Assembly (NCBI GenBank): GCA_043803945.1
Contig: JAZDJN010000072.1
Location: 1-64,000 of the forward strand
Origin: a bacterium
GTDB lineage: Bacteria > Bacteroidota > Ignavibacteria > UBA10030
Direction of reading: 5' to 3'
DNA length: 64,000 nt
Shown: positions 9,313 through 19,331 of the stretch, piece by piece
Numbering within the stretch: position 1 is the first letter of the stretch
Layout: every line of letters starts with the position of its first letter
Program-made: the position numbers and the translations under genes
Notes under the pieces: model-generated
Seen by the model: the letters and a program-made list of their open reading frames with translations, nothing else
Database searches by the model: none
What the model was told of the DNA's origin: nothing

Positions 9313-9479
9313 GAACACTGATAACACAGATTCAACTGATGCTCACTGATCAGTGAAAATCTGTGCTGTTTCAGTGGGCTCAGTGTTCTATCTTCTAAGA
9401 TCTGAACATTGATAATACGGATTTAACTGATGCTCACTAATCAGTGACAATCTGTGATGTTTCAGCGGATTCAGTGTTC
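9313..9479. repeat. Two tandem 76-bp imperfect palindromes (period 91 bp)
   Basis: gaacactga...tcactgatcagtga...tcagtgttc at 9313-9388 and a variant at 9404-9479. Confidence 0.8.
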
Positions 9480-9507
9480 TATTTTCAAAGATCGGAACTA
9501 ATGGACA

Positions 9508-10539
9508 ATGACAAATAATCCTATGACCAGTCGAGAACGAATCAGAGCAATCATCCAAGGCGAACCGGCAGACCGGTGCGGTTTCTGGCTGGGCAATCCG
9601 CACGATGAGACTCTCCCGCTCTATCACCGGTATTTTGGAACGAACACGCTTGAAGAACTTCAGCGAGCGGTTGGTGATGATTTCCGCTGGATTACGCCGC
9701 TCTTTATCAACTCGACCTACAAGCATCCTCAAGGGAAAGGCATTTTCGACCTCTGGAAATACAAGAAAGAACTGGGCGAGCCAGGGCCCCTGGCACATTG
9801 CGATAGTCTGGAAGAGGTGGAGGCCTTCGATTGGCCCGATGTTCGCTACCTCGATCTCACCGATTGCATCACCGCCTTACAGAATGCGGGCAATTATTAT
9901 CGGGCAAGCGGATTCTGGACATGTTTTTTTCATGATGTGAGCGATATCTTCGGCATGGAAGCATACCTCACGAAAATGTACACGCACCCCGAAATTGTCC
10001 AAACGGTGACCGACAGAGTGTGCCAATTTTACTTTGAAGCAAATGAGCTCTTGTATCGTCAGGCTGGCTCTCTCATCGATGGGTATTTTTTCGGTAATGA
10101 TTTTGGAACGCAGCGCGACCTCATCCTCTCGCTCGATCTGTTCGATCAATTCATTCTCCCATGGTTCCGTACCTTCACTGAACAGGCGCACCGGCATGGG
10201 TATCAGGTGATACTCCATTCCTGCGGGTCAATCTATCGTGTTCTCGATCGGCTCATCGATGCCGGTGTGAATTGTTTACATCCATTGCAGGCACGAGCAT
10301 ACAACATGGACGCTGCGACATTGTCCGGTTACTGCAAAGGAAGAATAGCATTTCTCGGCGGTATCGATACACAGCATGTGCTCGTTCATTGCACTCCGGA
10401 ACAGATCAAGGAAGAGGTGCGGCGTGTGAAAAGTCTCCTCGGACCACGGTTGATCGTCAGCCCCAGCCACGAGGCTCTTCTTCCCAATGTACCGCCGGAG
10501 AATGTTGTTGCGATGGCTGAAGCTGCAAGAGAACTTTGA
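9508..10539 (+). CDS. Uroporphyrinogen decarboxylase/MtaA-CmuA-family protein
   Basis: MTSRERI start, GNDFGTQ, LHSCG, FLGGIDTQ, SPSH..LPNVPPENV. Confidence 0.85.
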   Translation: MTNNPMTSRERIRAIIQGEPADRCGFWLGNPHDETLPLYHRYFGTNTLEELQRAVGDDFRWITPLFINSTYKHPQGKGIFDLWKYKKELGEPGPLAHCDSLEEVEAFDWPDVRYLDLTDCITALQNAGNYYRASGFWTCFFHDVSDIFGMEAYLTKMYTHPEIVQTVTDRVCQFYFEANELLYRQAGSLIDGYFFGNDFGTQRDLILSLDLFDQFILPWFRTFTEQAHRHGYQVILHSCGSIYRVLDRLIDAGVNCLHPLQARAYNMDAATLSGYCKGRIAFLGGIDTQHVLVHCTPEQIKEEVRRVKSLLGPRLIVSPSHEALLPNVPPENVVAMAEAAREL

Positions 10540-10706
10540 AGAACGGAGAGAGTTCCTAACAACGAAGAGTGTCCAGGCGTCGGAAGGTCGCCTCGTTTGG
10601 TGATTGTTTGCAGTGGTAGGGTAAAAGCCGGAGCCGCGTTCTGGCTTCGGCTTTGCTCATGATGAGAATAACCTCGATGCATCACGCGATGTGAAGCAGA
10701 GAAGTG

Positions 10707-11030
10707 TCACACGGTGGCTTTGTGAAGCTTTCGTTTCAATAAATGAATTTTTTTTCGGATATCGTCGAGTTGTTTATAATCCTTTCGTGCGATGGCACCA
10801 TCACGTTCGAGCTTGAGCGCTCGAATATCCTGTTTCACTTTCGTTTTGTCTATTCCCACAATATGATGGTGGGCATGGGCATCAACGCCGAGTGCTGTGC
10901 AGAGCGCAGGAAGGAGCACCTCCTTATGCATGGTGCTGTGGCCCTTCACCGCTTCATGGTCGATTCCATCGGCAATTTGGCGAAGTTGTGCTACCGTCAT
11001 CTTACTTAATTCTTCATAGGTGTGTGCCAT
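10707..11030 (-). CDS. Small basic hypothetical protein with Rho-N-like helix-extension-helix start
   Basis: YEELSKMTVAQLRQIA; GGAGG RBS before MAHT; His-rich middle, Lys/Arg-rich C-terminus. Confidence 0.7.
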   Translation of the reverse strand: MAHTYEELSKMTVAQLRQIADGIDHEAVKGHSTMHKEVLLPALCTALGVDAHAHHHIVGIDKTKVKQDIRALKLERDGAIARKDYKQLDDIRKKIHLLKRKLHKATV

Positions 11031-11310
11031 ACGCGTCCTCCGATACAAGCTGATCGATTAGTGAACCTGAGCAGGAACTCAGGGGTTGATTCTCTCTGTT
11101 GATGAATACTCCTTTCCTTCAGTCCATGGAAAGCGAAACGCCAGTCCGGGATGTCAAAACTGACAGAATGTTATAATGTCTTTAGAAACATGCAAGAGAA
11201 GAAATCGCAGCGCTGGTTACGGGGTATCCTTCGAGGAATGTAGCCCCGCTGGAATTTACTCGCATTGAACTCCTCCTCTTTTAACTTCCAGGGATACTAT
11301 CAACGTCAAT

Positions 11311-12081
11311 TCATGTTGAACGAAGCCGCTCCAGGCGTCGTTTCGCTTCTTCCTGAAGCTGCCGCTCACGCGCATTTTGGGGTGCAAGGCGAATCATCTG
11401 TTCGAGCGCACCGATCGCTTTTTGCTTGTTCTCCAATGCACGATAGGTGGAAGAAAGTTCATACAACGCAAATGAATTTTTGGGGTCGTACTTCAATGCC
11501 GTCAGGAGGTACTGTTCGGATTGTAAAAGTGTTCCGGATAAATCTGTTCCAAACACCACTCGTACAATCGCTTTCTCGTACCATTTCAACCGTGCCCCCT
11601 CGCGTTCGAAGATGGCAAGCACGACATACGTCATTGAAAAGGTAGAATCGAGCGCGAGCGCTTGCTGTGCATGGAGCCGCACATCTTTTCCAATGCGGAT
11701 CTTTTCCCTCGTGCTCCTGAAAGGAATTAAACTCCCTTTGGCAAGCGCTACCCAAAAATGACTCGCCGCATTCCTGGGATGATGGACCAGGAGCGACTCG
11801 GCATAGGCAACTGCTTTCAGATAGAGCTGCTCGGAGGTGCTGTCACGCCGAAGGGCAATTCTCCCCAAATCGTTATACACCCGCACCATGCGTTGCAGAG
11901 TCTCTGCATATCGAGGATTCTGGCTATATGCTTTTTGATACTCTGTCAATGCACGCTGATTATCAAAAGCTCGAAAGTATTCATCCCCCTTGCGGAGATA
12001 GTCTGAGATACCATCTGCAAACAAGCAATCAGAGGGAAAGAGCAGTAATAACAGGATGAGAAGCTTGGACAATGATGGCAT
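11311..12081 (-). CDS. Secreted TPR-repeat protein (RMD1/FAM82-like)
   Basis: Signal peptide and helical TPR patterns (A..YQKA..NP, A.ALD, ALKYDP). Confidence 0.75.
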   Translation of the reverse strand: MPSLSKLLILLLLLFPSDCLFADGISDYLRKGDEYFRAFDNQRALTEYQKAYSQNPRYAETLQRMVRVYNDLGRIALRRDSTSEQLYLKAVAYAESLLVHHPRNAASHFWVALAKGSLIPFRSTREKIRIGKDVRLHAQQALALDSTFSMTYVVLAIFEREGARLKWYEKAIVRVVFGTDLSGTLLQSEQYLLTALKYDPKNSFALYELSSTYRALENKQKAIGALEQMIRLAPQNARERQLQEEAKRRLERLRST

Positions 12082-12085
12082 AATC

Positions 12086-13729
12086 TTATCTTCCTTTTAC
12101 AATTTCTTGTAAGACTTTTCCATTTGCGGTTTTTGGGACAGGTACTCGCAACAAGTTCGCAATGGTTGGAGCAATATCGACCGTTGCAACAGCACGTTCT
12201 ACTTTCCGTGGCTTGAGTCCGTTTCCCCAGAATACCAGAGCCACATGGGTATCATATCGATAGGGTGAACCATGAGTTGAACCGGTCAAGGATGTGGTGA
12301 CTAAAAAATTTTCTCGAAATCGAACCTGGAAATCTTTACCCCTGGGCGGGTAATAGCTTCGTTGATAACAGCCGAGAAATGACGGTGCCCATGATCGCTT
12401 TTGCAAATCCCGACGGAAATAGACATCAGCAACACCATCGATGGATAACACTCCTGCCCTCACTTTCTTTTCGAATGCGAGGCTATCAAGACCGGCTCGT
12501 GCGGCAGCAGTGTAGTTGAGAAATGCATTATTCCTGACAAGTGTTTCGGTAGTATGCAATTCAGCTTTGAAGACTTTCTGAAGCGAATCAATTTTTGGTT
12601 CTATATCACGTTGAAACAGTAATCGCCGTGCAGATTTGTTTCCAAATTGCTGTTCATATTCCGGCATGTGCTGAACGGCATGGTCGGCACTAAGGGCAAT
12701 CAGAATATTTTCTTTACCAAAAGAGTTCTCAACGTCATGAATAAACTTCCCTAACTCGCGATCAAGGCGTAGGAGGTAATCCAGCATTTCATGACTATCG
12801 GGGCTATAGGCATGCCCCACATAATCGCCTCCGGAGAAACTGATACAGAGAAGATCGGCAACCCCACGTATACCAAGCTGTTCCGACTTCATGACTTCAC
12901 GGATAAAATTGAGCACAAAGAGATCCGCAAACGGGCTGGTAACAATTTGTTCCTTCATTGTTTTGGGATCGAAGGGATGGGGAAAACTTGTCGTACTGTT
13001 TTTCTTCGCTTCTCCCATTAATTCATCCGGACCGTATTTTCCGTAGACTCCTTCCGGCAACAATTGTTCCCAGCGGCCAGGTACATTCTGCTCAAGCCAT
13101 TTCGAAGCATTGTACTTCTTTACATACTCCGGCAGGGCCTGCGTATAGTAGCTGGATGTTACCATGCGGCCATTCTTCCTGTCATACCAATAGACATAAT
13201 CGGGATGCTGCCCCCCCATGAGAATTGCTGCCCGATCTTTGACTGAAGCGGTAATCACCTTGGATGAGGATGACACCTGCTTCATCCAGTCTCCCAATCC
13301 CGTGACTATGAGATTTCTCGCTGAAAATCCGCCTCCCTCGCCTTCGACCGGCTTCGCAAGACTGTCTTCCACGCAATAAACTTCCCGACCTGTCAGCCGA
13401 TTGAACCATTCATTTGAGAGAATTCCACTATTGCCGGGATAGGTGCCAGTACCCAATGCTGCGTGGCCCGGCCCTGTTTCGCTAATGGCATAATTCAGAT
13501 CGGCATTTAAATACCAAACTCCCTGAGCCGTTAATGTTTTTAATCCGCCTGAATATTCCTTTTGATATTTCGTCAGATAGTCAGCACTAAATTGATCGAT
13601 TGAAATGAAGATGATCAACTTTGGATTCTTCCCTGAGAGAACTGTTGTTGACAGAACAAAGAGCAGCAGAGTAATGCCGAGACACCAGCGTCGTACTTCA
13701 TGGAAAGAGTGATTCCGGCTCATAAACAT
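12086..13729 (-). CDS. Alkaline phosphatase family protein (PafA-like)
   Basis: ISIDQF, ETGPGHA, S.KDRAAILMGG, DYVGH, SADH, THGSPY.YDTHV. Confidence 0.9.
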   Translation of the reverse strand: MFMSRNHSFHEVRRWCLGITLLLFVLSTTVLSGKNPKLIIFISIDQFSADYLTKYQKEYSGGLKTLTAQGVWYLNADLNYAISETGPGHAALGTGTYPGNSGILSNEWFNRLTGREVYCVEDSLAKPVEGEGGGFSARNLIVTGLGDWMKQVSSSSKVITASVKDRAAILMGGQHPDYVYWYDRKNGRMVTSSYYTQALPEYVKKYNASKWLEQNVPGRWEQLLPEGVYGKYGPDELMGEAKKNSTTSFPHPFDPKTMKEQIVTSPFADLFVLNFIREVMKSEQLGIRGVADLLCISFSGGDYVGHAYSPDSHEMLDYLLRLDRELGKFIHDVENSFGKENILIALSADHAVQHMPEYEQQFGNKSARRLLFQRDIEPKIDSLQKVFKAELHTTETLVRNNAFLNYTAAARAGLDSLAFEKKVRAGVLSIDGVADVYFRRDLQKRSWAPSFLGCYQRSYYPPRGKDFQVRFRENFLVTTSLTGSTHGSPYRYDTHVALVFWGNGLKPRKVERAVATVDIAPTIANLLRVPVPKTANGKVLQEIVKGR

Positions 13730-13814
13730 TCAACAATTTCCTTCCCAAAGAAAAGTTTTCTCGTTATCTTACTTTCACACTATCATACAAAATATTTTTG
13801 GAGAATAAAAGGAC

Positions 13815-15341
13815 GTGAGGACTGTAACCAGCATGATTCAACAGACAGTGTTTCTGGTGATCGCTATTGCATTTTTGACCAGCGACGCTCATGGACAACC
13901 AAAGACTATTACCATCTTTCATACGAATGACATGCACGCAAGCTTTATTCCTCATGAAGCCGCCTGGATCCGGTCGGAGCCCAAGCCTTTGGTTGGTGGA
14001 TTCAATGAACTTTCATTTGTGATCGACAGCCTGCGTAAAGTCAAAGCCTCTGCGCTTCTGCTCGATGCAGGTGATGTAATGACCGGTAATCCCATCACCG
14101 AGTACGATTATCATGGAGCACAGGGGGGAATACTCTTTGAGATGATGAATCGACTTGGGTACGATGTCTGGACTGCAGGCAATCACGATTTTGATATCTC
14201 AAAAGAAAATTTCATAGCCCTGACGAAGATAGCGGCATTTCCGACCCTCTCTGCCAATCTGGTAGATGCTAACGGAAAACTCGCCTATAACAATAAAGAG
14301 TACCTCATCCTCGAGAAAAACGGTTTGAAAATCGGTGTCATTGGTGTTATGTCGCGCTTATTTTACAACCTGGTCAGCCAAAGCAGCACGGTCGGTATCA
14401 AGCTGTTGGATCCGATGGCAACCTTACAACGGCTTGTGAATGAGCTCGATCCAAAAACTGATCTGCTCATCGCACTGACGCATGTGGGGATTGAAGACGA
14501 CTCAGTACTTGCGATGAATGTGCACGGGCTCGATGTTATCGTTGGCGGACATTCTCATACCCGTCTTCGAACTCCTAAAGTTGTGAACGGCACCATCATC
14601 GTACAAACAGGGTCCAATTGTGAAAACCTCGGCGTGCTCGATCTCACGGTGGAAAACGATCAGGTGACCGCATTCAACGGCGGACTCGTGCAATTATGGT
14701 ATACTAGTGAGCGACCGAAGACGGCGCTTTCGCTCTTCATTGATTCTATCCAGACCAGGATCGATCACGATTATGCGGAAATCATTGGGACATTAGAGAC
14801 TGATTGGGTCCGTGGACGCGGCGTTGAAGGCAATATTGGCAATTTTGTAACCGATACGCAGCGGGAGGCGGTTCAGGCGGATGTCGCCTTTACAAATTCA
14901 CAAGGGATTCGGAAAGATGCCGCAAAAGGCCTACTGACGAAGCGTGATCTCTTTGAAGCTCTTCCCTTCCGGAACATTTTGACAACCTTTACACTGAGCG
15001 GCAAGGAATTGAAAACGATTATCATGGGAATTATCGAAAATCAGAAACGACGATCGGAATCGATCCAAACCTCCGGGATTATTTGTGAGTGGAAACAGTT
15101 GGAAGGAGGAGAGGTCGAGATTGTGAAACTCCTTATCAATGGGCAACCCTTCGGCGAAGCGAAGACCTACACGGCTGCGGCGAATGATTATATGATGGGA
15201 GAATCGGACCGCTATCTTGGGATCCCAACTCCGAAGCTCACCTATACAAATTATACTCTCTTTGAAACTGTCGAGAAAAAAATCCGGGCTTTAAAAAGTA
15301 TCTCTTCCCACGTAGAAAACCGAATTCGAAAAGTGCAATAA
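13815..15341 (+). CDS. Bifunctional 5'-nucleotidase/UDP-sugar hydrolase
   Basis: HTNDMH, LDAGD, GNHDFD, LTHVG, GGHSH and C-terminal nucleotidase domain. Confidence 0.92.
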   Translation: MRTVTSMIQQTVFLVIAIAFLTSDAHGQPKTITIFHTNDMHASFIPHEAAWIRSEPKPLVGGFNELSFVIDSLRKVKASALLLDAGDVMTGNPITEYDYHGAQGGILFEMMNRLGYDVWTAGNHDFDISKENFIALTKIAAFPTLSANLVDANGKLAYNNKEYLILEKNGLKIGVIGVMSRLFYNLVSQSSTVGIKLLDPMATLQRLVNELDPKTDLLIALTHVGIEDDSVLAMNVHGLDVIVGGHSHTRLRTPKVVNGTIIVQTGSNCENLGVLDLTVENDQVTAFNGGLVQLWYTSERPKTALSLFIDSIQTRIDHDYAEIIGTLETDWVRGRGVEGNIGNFVTDTQREAVQADVAFTNSQGIRKDAAKGLLTKRDLFEALPFRNILTTFTLSGKELKTIIMGIIENQKRRSESIQTSGIICEWKQLEGGEVEIVKLLINGQPFGEAKTYTAAANDYMMGESDRYLGIPTPKLTYTNYTLFETVEKKIRALKSISSHVENRIRKVQ

Positions 15342-15365
15342 CCAGACCGAAAGAAGGAGTCGATT

Positions 15366-16082
15366 ATGAGCAAGCATGTTCCCATACTGATTATTACCGG
15401 ACGGCCCGCAGCGGGGAAATCGGAAGTGATCGATTTTTTGAAAAAGTGCAATCCCCAGGAACGATTGGAACGGTTCCATATCACTGATTTTGAAGAACTC
15501 GACGACTTCCTCTATGTCTGGGAAACATTCGAACTGGATGATCTGATGGCCAAGTTCGGCCAGCCGCGAATCTGGTCGGATGAGAAATACTGGTTCAAGG
15601 ATCACTACATCTGGAATCTGTACATGGAGCGAATCAATCTCGAGTATCAGAAGAAAGTTGCCAGGAATCCCCGCTATCACGACACGACGACAACGCTCGT
15701 TGAATTTGCTCGCGGCGGCGAGAACGGAATTTTTGAAGCCCTTAGTTACCTGAGCGATGACATTCTCCATCAAGCCTCGTTAATGTATATTCGGGTGTCG
15801 TACGAGGAATCAGTTCGGAAAAATCAGCGCCGGGCTCGCAAAGGCCAGGAAGATTCTATCCTCTACCACTCCCTTCCCGACGAGAAGATGGATTACTACT
15901 ATAAAACCAACGATTGGGATAAGCTCGAAGCGAAAGATCCGAATTACATCGAGGTCAAAGGTCATAAGATTCCTTACGCCGTGTTTGAGAACATGCCCGA
16001 AAAGACACTCGATCCAAAACTAATTGGCGAAGAATTGGATCGGGTGGCGAAGAAATTATGGGAGATCCAGGTGAAACGGTAG
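15366..16082 (+). CDS. Uncharacterised P-loop NTPase (NMP-kinase-like)
   Basis: IITGRPAAGKS, LVEFARG; AAGGAG RBS. Confidence 0.75.
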   Translation: MSKHVPILIITGRPAAGKSEVIDFLKKCNPQERLERFHITDFEELDDFLYVWETFELDDLMAKFGQPRIWSDEKYWFKDHYIWNLYMERINLEYQKKVARNPRYHDTTTTLVEFARGGENGIFEALSYLSDDILHQASLMYIRVSYEESVRKNQRRARKGQEDSILYHSLPDEKMDYYYKTNDWDKLEAKDPNYIEVKGHKIPYAVFENMPEKTLDPKLIGEELDRVAKKLWEIQVKR

Positions 16083-16125
16083 ACGGGAGAAGATAGACGT
16101 GAGATGACTTGAGACTCTCTCCCGC

Positions 16126-16368
16126 CTAGCCCGAAGGCATCCCCGCCAGAACGCATGGCGGGCTGGTTGCCGAGGGCGAAGGAATAATTATGAGAAGCGT
16201 GAGAAATAAGAAGAAAGATGTGAAATGCATTTACTCCGTATGATGTTCTACGACCTGCCCGCCGATCTGAACCTTTATTGGCAGGCGGGGACACCTTCGC
16301 TCTAGTCTTTTTCCCTCTAGCCCGAAGGCATCCCCGCCAGAACGCATGGCGGGCTGGTTGCCGAGGGC
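16126..16368. repeat. REP cluster upstream of the RAYT
   Basis: ctagcccgaaggcatccccgccagaacgcatggcgggctggttgccgagggc at 16126-16177 and 16317-16368; degenerate inverted partner ending ccttcgctctag at 16305. Confidence 0.9.
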
Positions 16369-16441
16369 GGGGATACATTATCAGCAGATCGGGGAACAGG
16401 GAATGTGTCCCTAGATCTTCTGAAATGAGATCTGCACCGTA

Positions 16442-17035
16442 ATGTATTTTCATCAGGGAATAAGTGTTGTGAAGTATAAAACAATTCCAAGCCACAGTGG
16501 ACTGTACTTTGTCACTTCGGCTATTACCAATCATTCTAATCTCTTCTTCGATGAGCACTGTGCTCTCATTCCCCTAAGATCACTTCAATGGTTACGTAAG
16601 CAATGTATATGGAAATTATACGTCTTTTGCCTCATGCCAAATCATTTACATATCTTAATAAAGAAAATCGATAAGAGACCAATTGAGAAGGTGATGGGAC
16701 AATTCCATTCATTCACAGGGCTTGAGCTTGTTCATCAATTGTATAAAGAGGGGTCGAGATTACTTCTTGAAGAATTCGCTGTTGCCGGGAGGAAGAAGGG
16801 TGATAGAGAATTTTTGATTTGGGAGGATAGTCTTGCCCGAATTATTGAGACAGAACATGTTCTGCTTGAGACTATCGAATACATACACAACAATCCTGTC
16901 AACAAGCATTGGCGCCTCGTGGATGAACGCAGTGAGTACGCATATTCTTCTGCCTGTTTTTACGATTTAGGGAAAAATCCAATTATTGATATTGATAACT
17001 ACGAGGAATTGCTCGGCGGGACGCCTTCGCTCTAG
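16442..17035 (+). mobile_element. REP-associated tyrosine transposase (RAYT, Y1 HUH)
   Basis: YFVTS, FCLMPNHLHIL (HUH), catalytic Tyr in YIHNNPV, Y.YSS; flanked by REPs on both sides. Confidence 0.9.
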
Positions 17036-17415
17036 TGTGTTTTGTACCCACTAGCCCGAAGGCATCCCCGCCAGAACGCATGGCAGGCTGGTTGCCGAGG
17101 GTGGAGATGTGAACTGAACCATCGTCAGAACGCTCGGCGGGACGCCTTCGCTCTAGTTTCATTTTCTCACCTAGCCCGAAGGCCTCTGGCTGAGGGCAGA
17201 GATGAGAATTGAATCATCAACCAGATTGCTCGGCGAGACGCCTTCGCTTGAGTTTCTTTTTCTCGCCTAGCCCGAAGGCCTCTGGCCGAGGGCAGAGATG
17301 TGAATTGAAGTATTAGTCAGCTTGCTTGGCGAGACGCCTTCGCTCTAGTGTCTTTTTTCCACTCTAGCCCGAAGGCATCCCCGCCAGAACGCATGGCGGG
17401 CTGGTTGCCGAGGGC
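17012..17415. repeat. BIME-like array of four REP doublets
   Basis: Alternating A (ctcggcgggacgccttcgctctag at 17012, 17133, 17229, 17325) and B (ctagcccgaaggc..gccgaggg at 17051, 17171, 17267, 17364). Confidence 0.92.
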
Positions 17416-17421
17416 GAGGAA

Positions 17422-18891
17422 TTAATTAGCGTTATGAAACATAGTTTTTCTTGCTTCAAAAGCGAACCTCGAAGCTGGAAGGATAAACATTGCGAGTAAT
17501 GAACAAATGAATGGAAACGTAATTCCAATAAAAACGTTTCGATATTCGAGGGCGATGTGACCGAGGATCAATACTCCTACTGCCTGCACCAAGATGATTG
17601 GTATCGCTATCGAGGGACGAAACCGAATCGTAACAATAAATGCAATACCCAGGCATGGTATTCCCAAAATCCATCCGATCCATGAATAGAAGGTGACATA
17701 TCTCTTTGCGAGAAGGTCTTCCATGATAAATGTATAAGCCATCATATCGCCTCGAAAAGAAGTATTCCCATTAATCAAGAAAACAACTTTGCCTCTCAAC
17801 AATTTTTGAAGCTCCTTTTGCGAATTAAAATCTTCATTTTTTGACGCTCCCCATTTTCGATATTTCAGGCTCTCACTCTCGGTGCTGTATTCAACAAAAA
17901 AACTCGGAGGACCTACATACGAGGGCAATCGTAAATATATCCAACCATTAGAATGTACTGGTATTTTGTGACCACCAAAGATCAGATAATTACTTTCTTT
18001 CACTGGTTTAAGCGAATCTGGATATCCGCTATACTTCCGAAGCACTTCAATGGCAACATCTAAAAATATGCTGGGATTTTCTGAAAAAGGATCATTCTTA
18101 GATTTAAATGGCATGATCCTGAAAGGATAGTCTGCTAATGGAGACAAATATTTTTGGTCTTGTGTTGCCGTGAATCTATAAGACGTTCTTTCTACAATCA
18201 CTGTTCCATCTTCCGTATGACCTCGCTTCTGAAGTTTCCCATGGTCACCGACAATTACATTACCTGCTGCAAGCTTTAAAATCTCTTGATACGGTACCCC
18301 TTGTGGAAATTGTTTTTGATCCATGAGAATTGCTTTTACACCCAGGCTTTCCATTTCAGCGATGAATCTCGAACAGAAACGAAGAAATGATTCTGCCGTT
18401 TGTCCAGGGGAAAGTACATCACATATTACGACGGGGGATTCAGTTGTCCTGTTCCTTTTGGCTTTACCAGAATAAGTCGACATTTCTAATTTCAGCAACT
18501 CTTGATGCATAGAATCATTGAGAGAAAAATAGAGAAACGATGCCACTAAAATGATTGAGGCCCATGAAACGAGTCGAAAATTTAAATTCTTGCCTTTTTC
18601 CAAACTCAATTGATACACCGATGGAATCCAGCCATAAGAATATACCAGACCTAAGAATCCTCGAAAATTCACCCGTCGATGAAGTGCCTTCAACAACATA
18701 TTAATGAGCAAAATAAGTGAATAAACTGCTACTGCTTTAAAGATGAATTCAATTTCTCTCACTCTAAGGAAAAATCTAAACATATCCGGCATATTGATAT
18801 CAGTTATCCGCAATGAGAGAAAGATAGTCAATACTCCAAGAATAGCGATCGCAGCGATCTTCAAAGTTTCTTTACTCAACCATGCTTTCAT
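17422..18891 (-). CDS. Membrane protein with CHASE2-like extracytoplasmic domain and no output domain
   Basis: SPVVICD..LGVKAILMD and LRGKVVFL resemble CHASE2 ends; N-terminal TMs and three C-terminal TMs. Confidence 0.6.
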   Translation of the reverse strand: MKAWLSKETLKIAAIAILGVLTIFLSLRITDINMPDMFRFFLRVREIEFIFKAVAVYSLILLINMLLKALHRRVNFRGFLGLVYSYGWIPSVYQLSLEKGKNLNFRLVSWASIILVASFLYFSLNDSMHQELLKLEMSTYSGKAKRNRTTESPVVICDVLSPGQTAESFLRFCSRFIAEMESLGVKAILMDQKQFPQGVPYQEILKLAAGNVIVGDHGKLQKRGHTEDGTVIVERTSYRFTATQDQKYLSPLADYPFRIMPFKSKNDPFSENPSIFLDVAIEVLRKYSGYPDSLKPVKESNYLIFGGHKIPVHSNGWIYLRLPSYVGPPSFFVEYSTESESLKYRKWGASKNEDFNSQKELQKLLRGKVVFLINGNTSFRGDMMAYTFIMEDLLAKRYVTFYSWIGWILGIPCLGIAFIVTIRFRPSIAIPIILVQAVGVLILGHIALEYRNVFIGITFPFICSLLAMFILPASRFAFEARKTMFHNAN

Positions 18892-18916
18892 ACTCTTCCT
18901 CCGATCTTAAAAATGA

Positions 18917-19321
18917 TCACTGAATTAACTCTCGGCTCTCAAACGAACTTGAGCTCTCCTGCCGGCCGTTCGCGGAAGGTGGAGAAGAGAAAAACGATAT
19001 TGCCAGCAGGAAGGCAAGTAAGAATGATATTTTCACAGAGAGTGGTATTGTCGCTCTCTGAAGCGGAAGGTAAACAGGTGGATATTCCATTCGGTTAATT
19101 TTACGGTGAAGGGAATTTTCTAACCTCCCCTCCAATGTAAATTCTGGAGTCGGGATACCGGATGGCTTCAATAAATCCGTGCGAAGATTGACCGTAATCC
19201 TTAAGAAATCCCGACACTGTGGACAAGATGCAAGATGAGTAAAGACTCTCTCCTCATCATCTATCCTTAATTCATTATCTACCCATTCACTTATTTTTCG
19301 TTGGAATTCCTCACAATCCAT
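18917..19321 (-). CDS. Zinc-finger (zf-HC2) anti-sigma factor
   Basis: MDC.EF...IS...D.EL, HLASCPQC (HxxxCxxC), one TM. Confidence 0.85.
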   Translation of the reverse strand: MDCEEFQRKISEWVDNELRIDDEERVFTHLASCPQCRDFLRITVNLRTDLLKPSGIPTPEFTLEGRLENSLHRKINRMEYPPVYLPLQRATIPLSVKISFLLAFLLAISFFSSPPSANGRQESSSSFESRELIQ

Positions 19322-19331
19322 AGCTCACCTC

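Noticed and set aside
11050-11260. Possible riboswitch or sRNA upstream of the small basic protein
   Set aside because: Hairpins are present but no recognisable aptamer consensus
15974-16558. 194-aa minus-strand ORF
   Set aside because: Translates REP repeats and overlaps two real genes
17012-17415. Repeat-spacer pattern resembling a CRISPR array
   Set aside because: Repeats alternate in orientation, spacers are related to each other, no cas genes are present and a RAYT is adjacent; this is a BIME-like REP array
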